A DNA stretch of 64,000 nucleotides from Heptranchias perlo (taxonomy: Eukaryota), in contig NC_090340.1 in the NCBI RefSeq assembly GCF_035084215.1, positions 36,890,001 to 36,954,000 on the forward strand, written 5' to 3'. Positions 61,785 to 64,000 of this stretch are shown here, piece by piece. Below the pieces are notes generated by a model. The model worked only from the letters and a program-made list of their open reading frames with translations, was not told the origin of the DNA and made no database searches. Made by a program: the position numbers and the translations under genes. Numbering within the stretch: position 1 is the first letter of the stretch; the number at the start of each line of letters is the position of its first letter.

Positions 61785-63985
61785 TCATAATATCATAGTA
61801 TGATACAGCGTAGAAGGAGATTATTCACCCCTTCATGCCTGTGCCTGCTCTGTGGTTGGGCTATCCAATTAGTCCCACTCCCCTGCTATTCCCCATAGCC
61901 CTGTAATTTTTTTCCTTTCAAGTATTTATCCAATTCCCTTTTGAAAGTTACTATTGAATCTGCTTCAGGCAGTGCAGATCATAACAACTTGCTGTACATG
62001 ATTTTGAACATCTCTATCAAACCTCCTCTTAACCTTCTCTGTTTAAAGGGGAACAACCCCAGCTCCTCCAGTCCCTCCACATAATTGAAGTCCCTCATTT
62101 CTGGTACCATTCTAGTAAATTTCTTCTGCATCCTCTCTGAGGCCTTGACATCCTTCCTAAAGTGTGGTGTCCAGAATTGAACACAATACTCCAGCTGAGG
62201 CCAAACCAGTGTTTTATAAAGGTTTAGCATAACTTCCTTGCTATTGCACTCTATGCCTCTATTAATAAAGCCAAGGATCTCATATGCCTTTTTAACAGCC
62301 TTCTCAACTTGTCCTGCCACCTTCAAAGATTCGTGTATGTACACCCCCAGGTCTCTCTGTTCCTGCACCCCTTTTAAAATTGTACCATTTAGTTTATAAT
62401 GCCTCTTCTCATTCTTCCTACCAAACTGTATCACTTCACACTTCTCTGCATTAAATTTCATCTGCCATGTGTCTGCCCATTTCACCAGTCTGTCTATGTC
62501 CCCCTGAAGTCTGTTACTATCCTCCACATAGTTTACTACATTTCCGAGTTTCTTGTCATCTGCAAACTTTGAAATTATACCCTGTATACCCAAGTCCAGG
62601 TCATTGATATATATCAAAACGAGCAGTGGTCCTAATACTGACCCCTGGGGAACACGACTGTATACTTCCCTCCAGTCTGAAAAACAACCGTTCACCACTA
62701 CTTTCTGCTTTCTGTCCCTTAGCCAATTTTGTATCCACGCTGCCACTGTCCCTTTAATCACATGGGCTTTAATTTTGCTAACAAGTCTACGTTGTGGTAC
62801 TTTATCAAATGCCTTTTGAAAGTCCATATACACAACATCAAACCACACTACCCTCATCAACCCTCTCTGTTACTCCATCAAAGAACTCAATCAAGTTAGT
62901 CAAACAATAATTTTCTTTTAACAAATCTGTGCTGACTTTCATTTATTACCCCATACTTTTCCAAGTGCCAATTAATTTTGTCCCAGATTATTGTCTTTAA
63001 AAGTTTCCCCACCACTACGTTAGGCTGACTGGCCTGTAATTTCCAGGTTTATCCCTCTTCCCTTTTTTAAACAGGAGTGTAACATTTGCAATCCTCCAGT
63101 CCTCTGGCACCCCCATATCTAAGGAGGATTAGAAGATTGTGGCCAGAACCTTTTCAATTTCCACCAATAATTCCCTCCGTAATCTAGGATTCATCCCATC
63201 TGGACCGGGTGACTTTTCTACTTTGAGTGCTGCCAACCTTTTAATACCTCCTCTTTATCTATTTTTATCCTATCCAGTATCTCTACTACCTCCTCTTTTA
63301 CTGTGACATTCTTCTTCTTTAGTGAAGACAGATGCAAAGTACTCATTTAGTACCTCAGCCATGCCCTCTGCCTCCACAAGAAGATCTCCTTTTTGGTTCC
63401 TAATCAGCCCCACCTTTCCTTTGATTACCCTTTTACTATTTATACTTTTGTAAAAGACTTTTGGGTTCCCTTTTATGTTACTCTCCAATCTACTCTCATA
63501 CACTCTCTTTGTCGCTCTTATTTCTTTTTCATTTGTCCTCTGTGTTTTTGTATTCAGCTTGGTTCTCTATTGAATTATGAACCTGACATTTATCATAAAC
63601 CTCCTTTCTCTGTTAATTTTAATCTCTATATCTTTAGTCATCCAGGGAGCTCCAGCATTGTATGCCTTTCTTTTCCCCCTCATGGGAATTTGTCTAGTGT
63701 ATACCCGAACTATCTCCTCCTTGAAGGCCTCTCAATGCTCATTTATTGTTTGACCTGCCAATCTTTGATTCCAATCTACCTGGGCGAGATCCCTTTTCAA
63801 CTCTCTGAAATTAGCTCCCTTCCAGTTTAGTATTTTCACATTTGATTTTTCCTTGTCCTTTTCCATAACTACTCTAAACCTAATGATATTGTGATCACTG
63901 TTTCCCAAATGCTCCCCCACTGAAACATGCTTCACTTGCCCCACCTCATTCCCCAGAACTAGATCTAGCACTGCTTCTTCGTTGG
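61785..63985 (-). mobile_element. CR1 LINE in intron 2 of the IgSF gene
   Basis: ORF 61979-62860 ([25 protein letters not shown]) and SDHNIIRF endonuclease end at ~63900. Confidence 0.95.
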
Positions 63986-64000
63986 GCTAGATCTTGGGCT

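Overview
Vertebrate nuclear genomic DNA. The repeat content (abundant CR1, L2, Tx1, Penelope and Harbinger-type elements) suggests a cartilaginous fish; that is inference. Most ORFs in the six-frame track are fragments or antisense shadows of decayed retrotransposons. Two host genes are well supported, both on the + strand. (1) A complete 7-exon POP4/RPP29 gene (RNase P/MRP subunit p29), CDS 32221-50507, 218 aa, with a CpG-rich promoter. (2) The 5' part of a B7-family-like Ig-superfamily gene: leader exon 55934-55982 spliced in phase to a V-set exon at 61058-61399, with a consensus IRF/ISRE site upstream and an NF-kB site just inside intron 1. The rest of that gene is not seen and probably lies beyond the window. 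A weaker candidate is a divergent minus-strand spliced transcript from the POP4 promoter (RFX X-box; phase-compatible exon candidates at 12.3-20.3 kb). Structural oddities: a perfect 154-bp local inverted duplication, two inverted CR1 copies sharing inactivating mutations around POP4 exons 5-7, a CR1 with a twin-priming-like 5' inversion, nested LINEs, MITEs carrying CTCF-like motifs, and an old hairpin/inverted-repeat cluster in POP4 intron 4. Repeat boundaries are approximate (read by eye).
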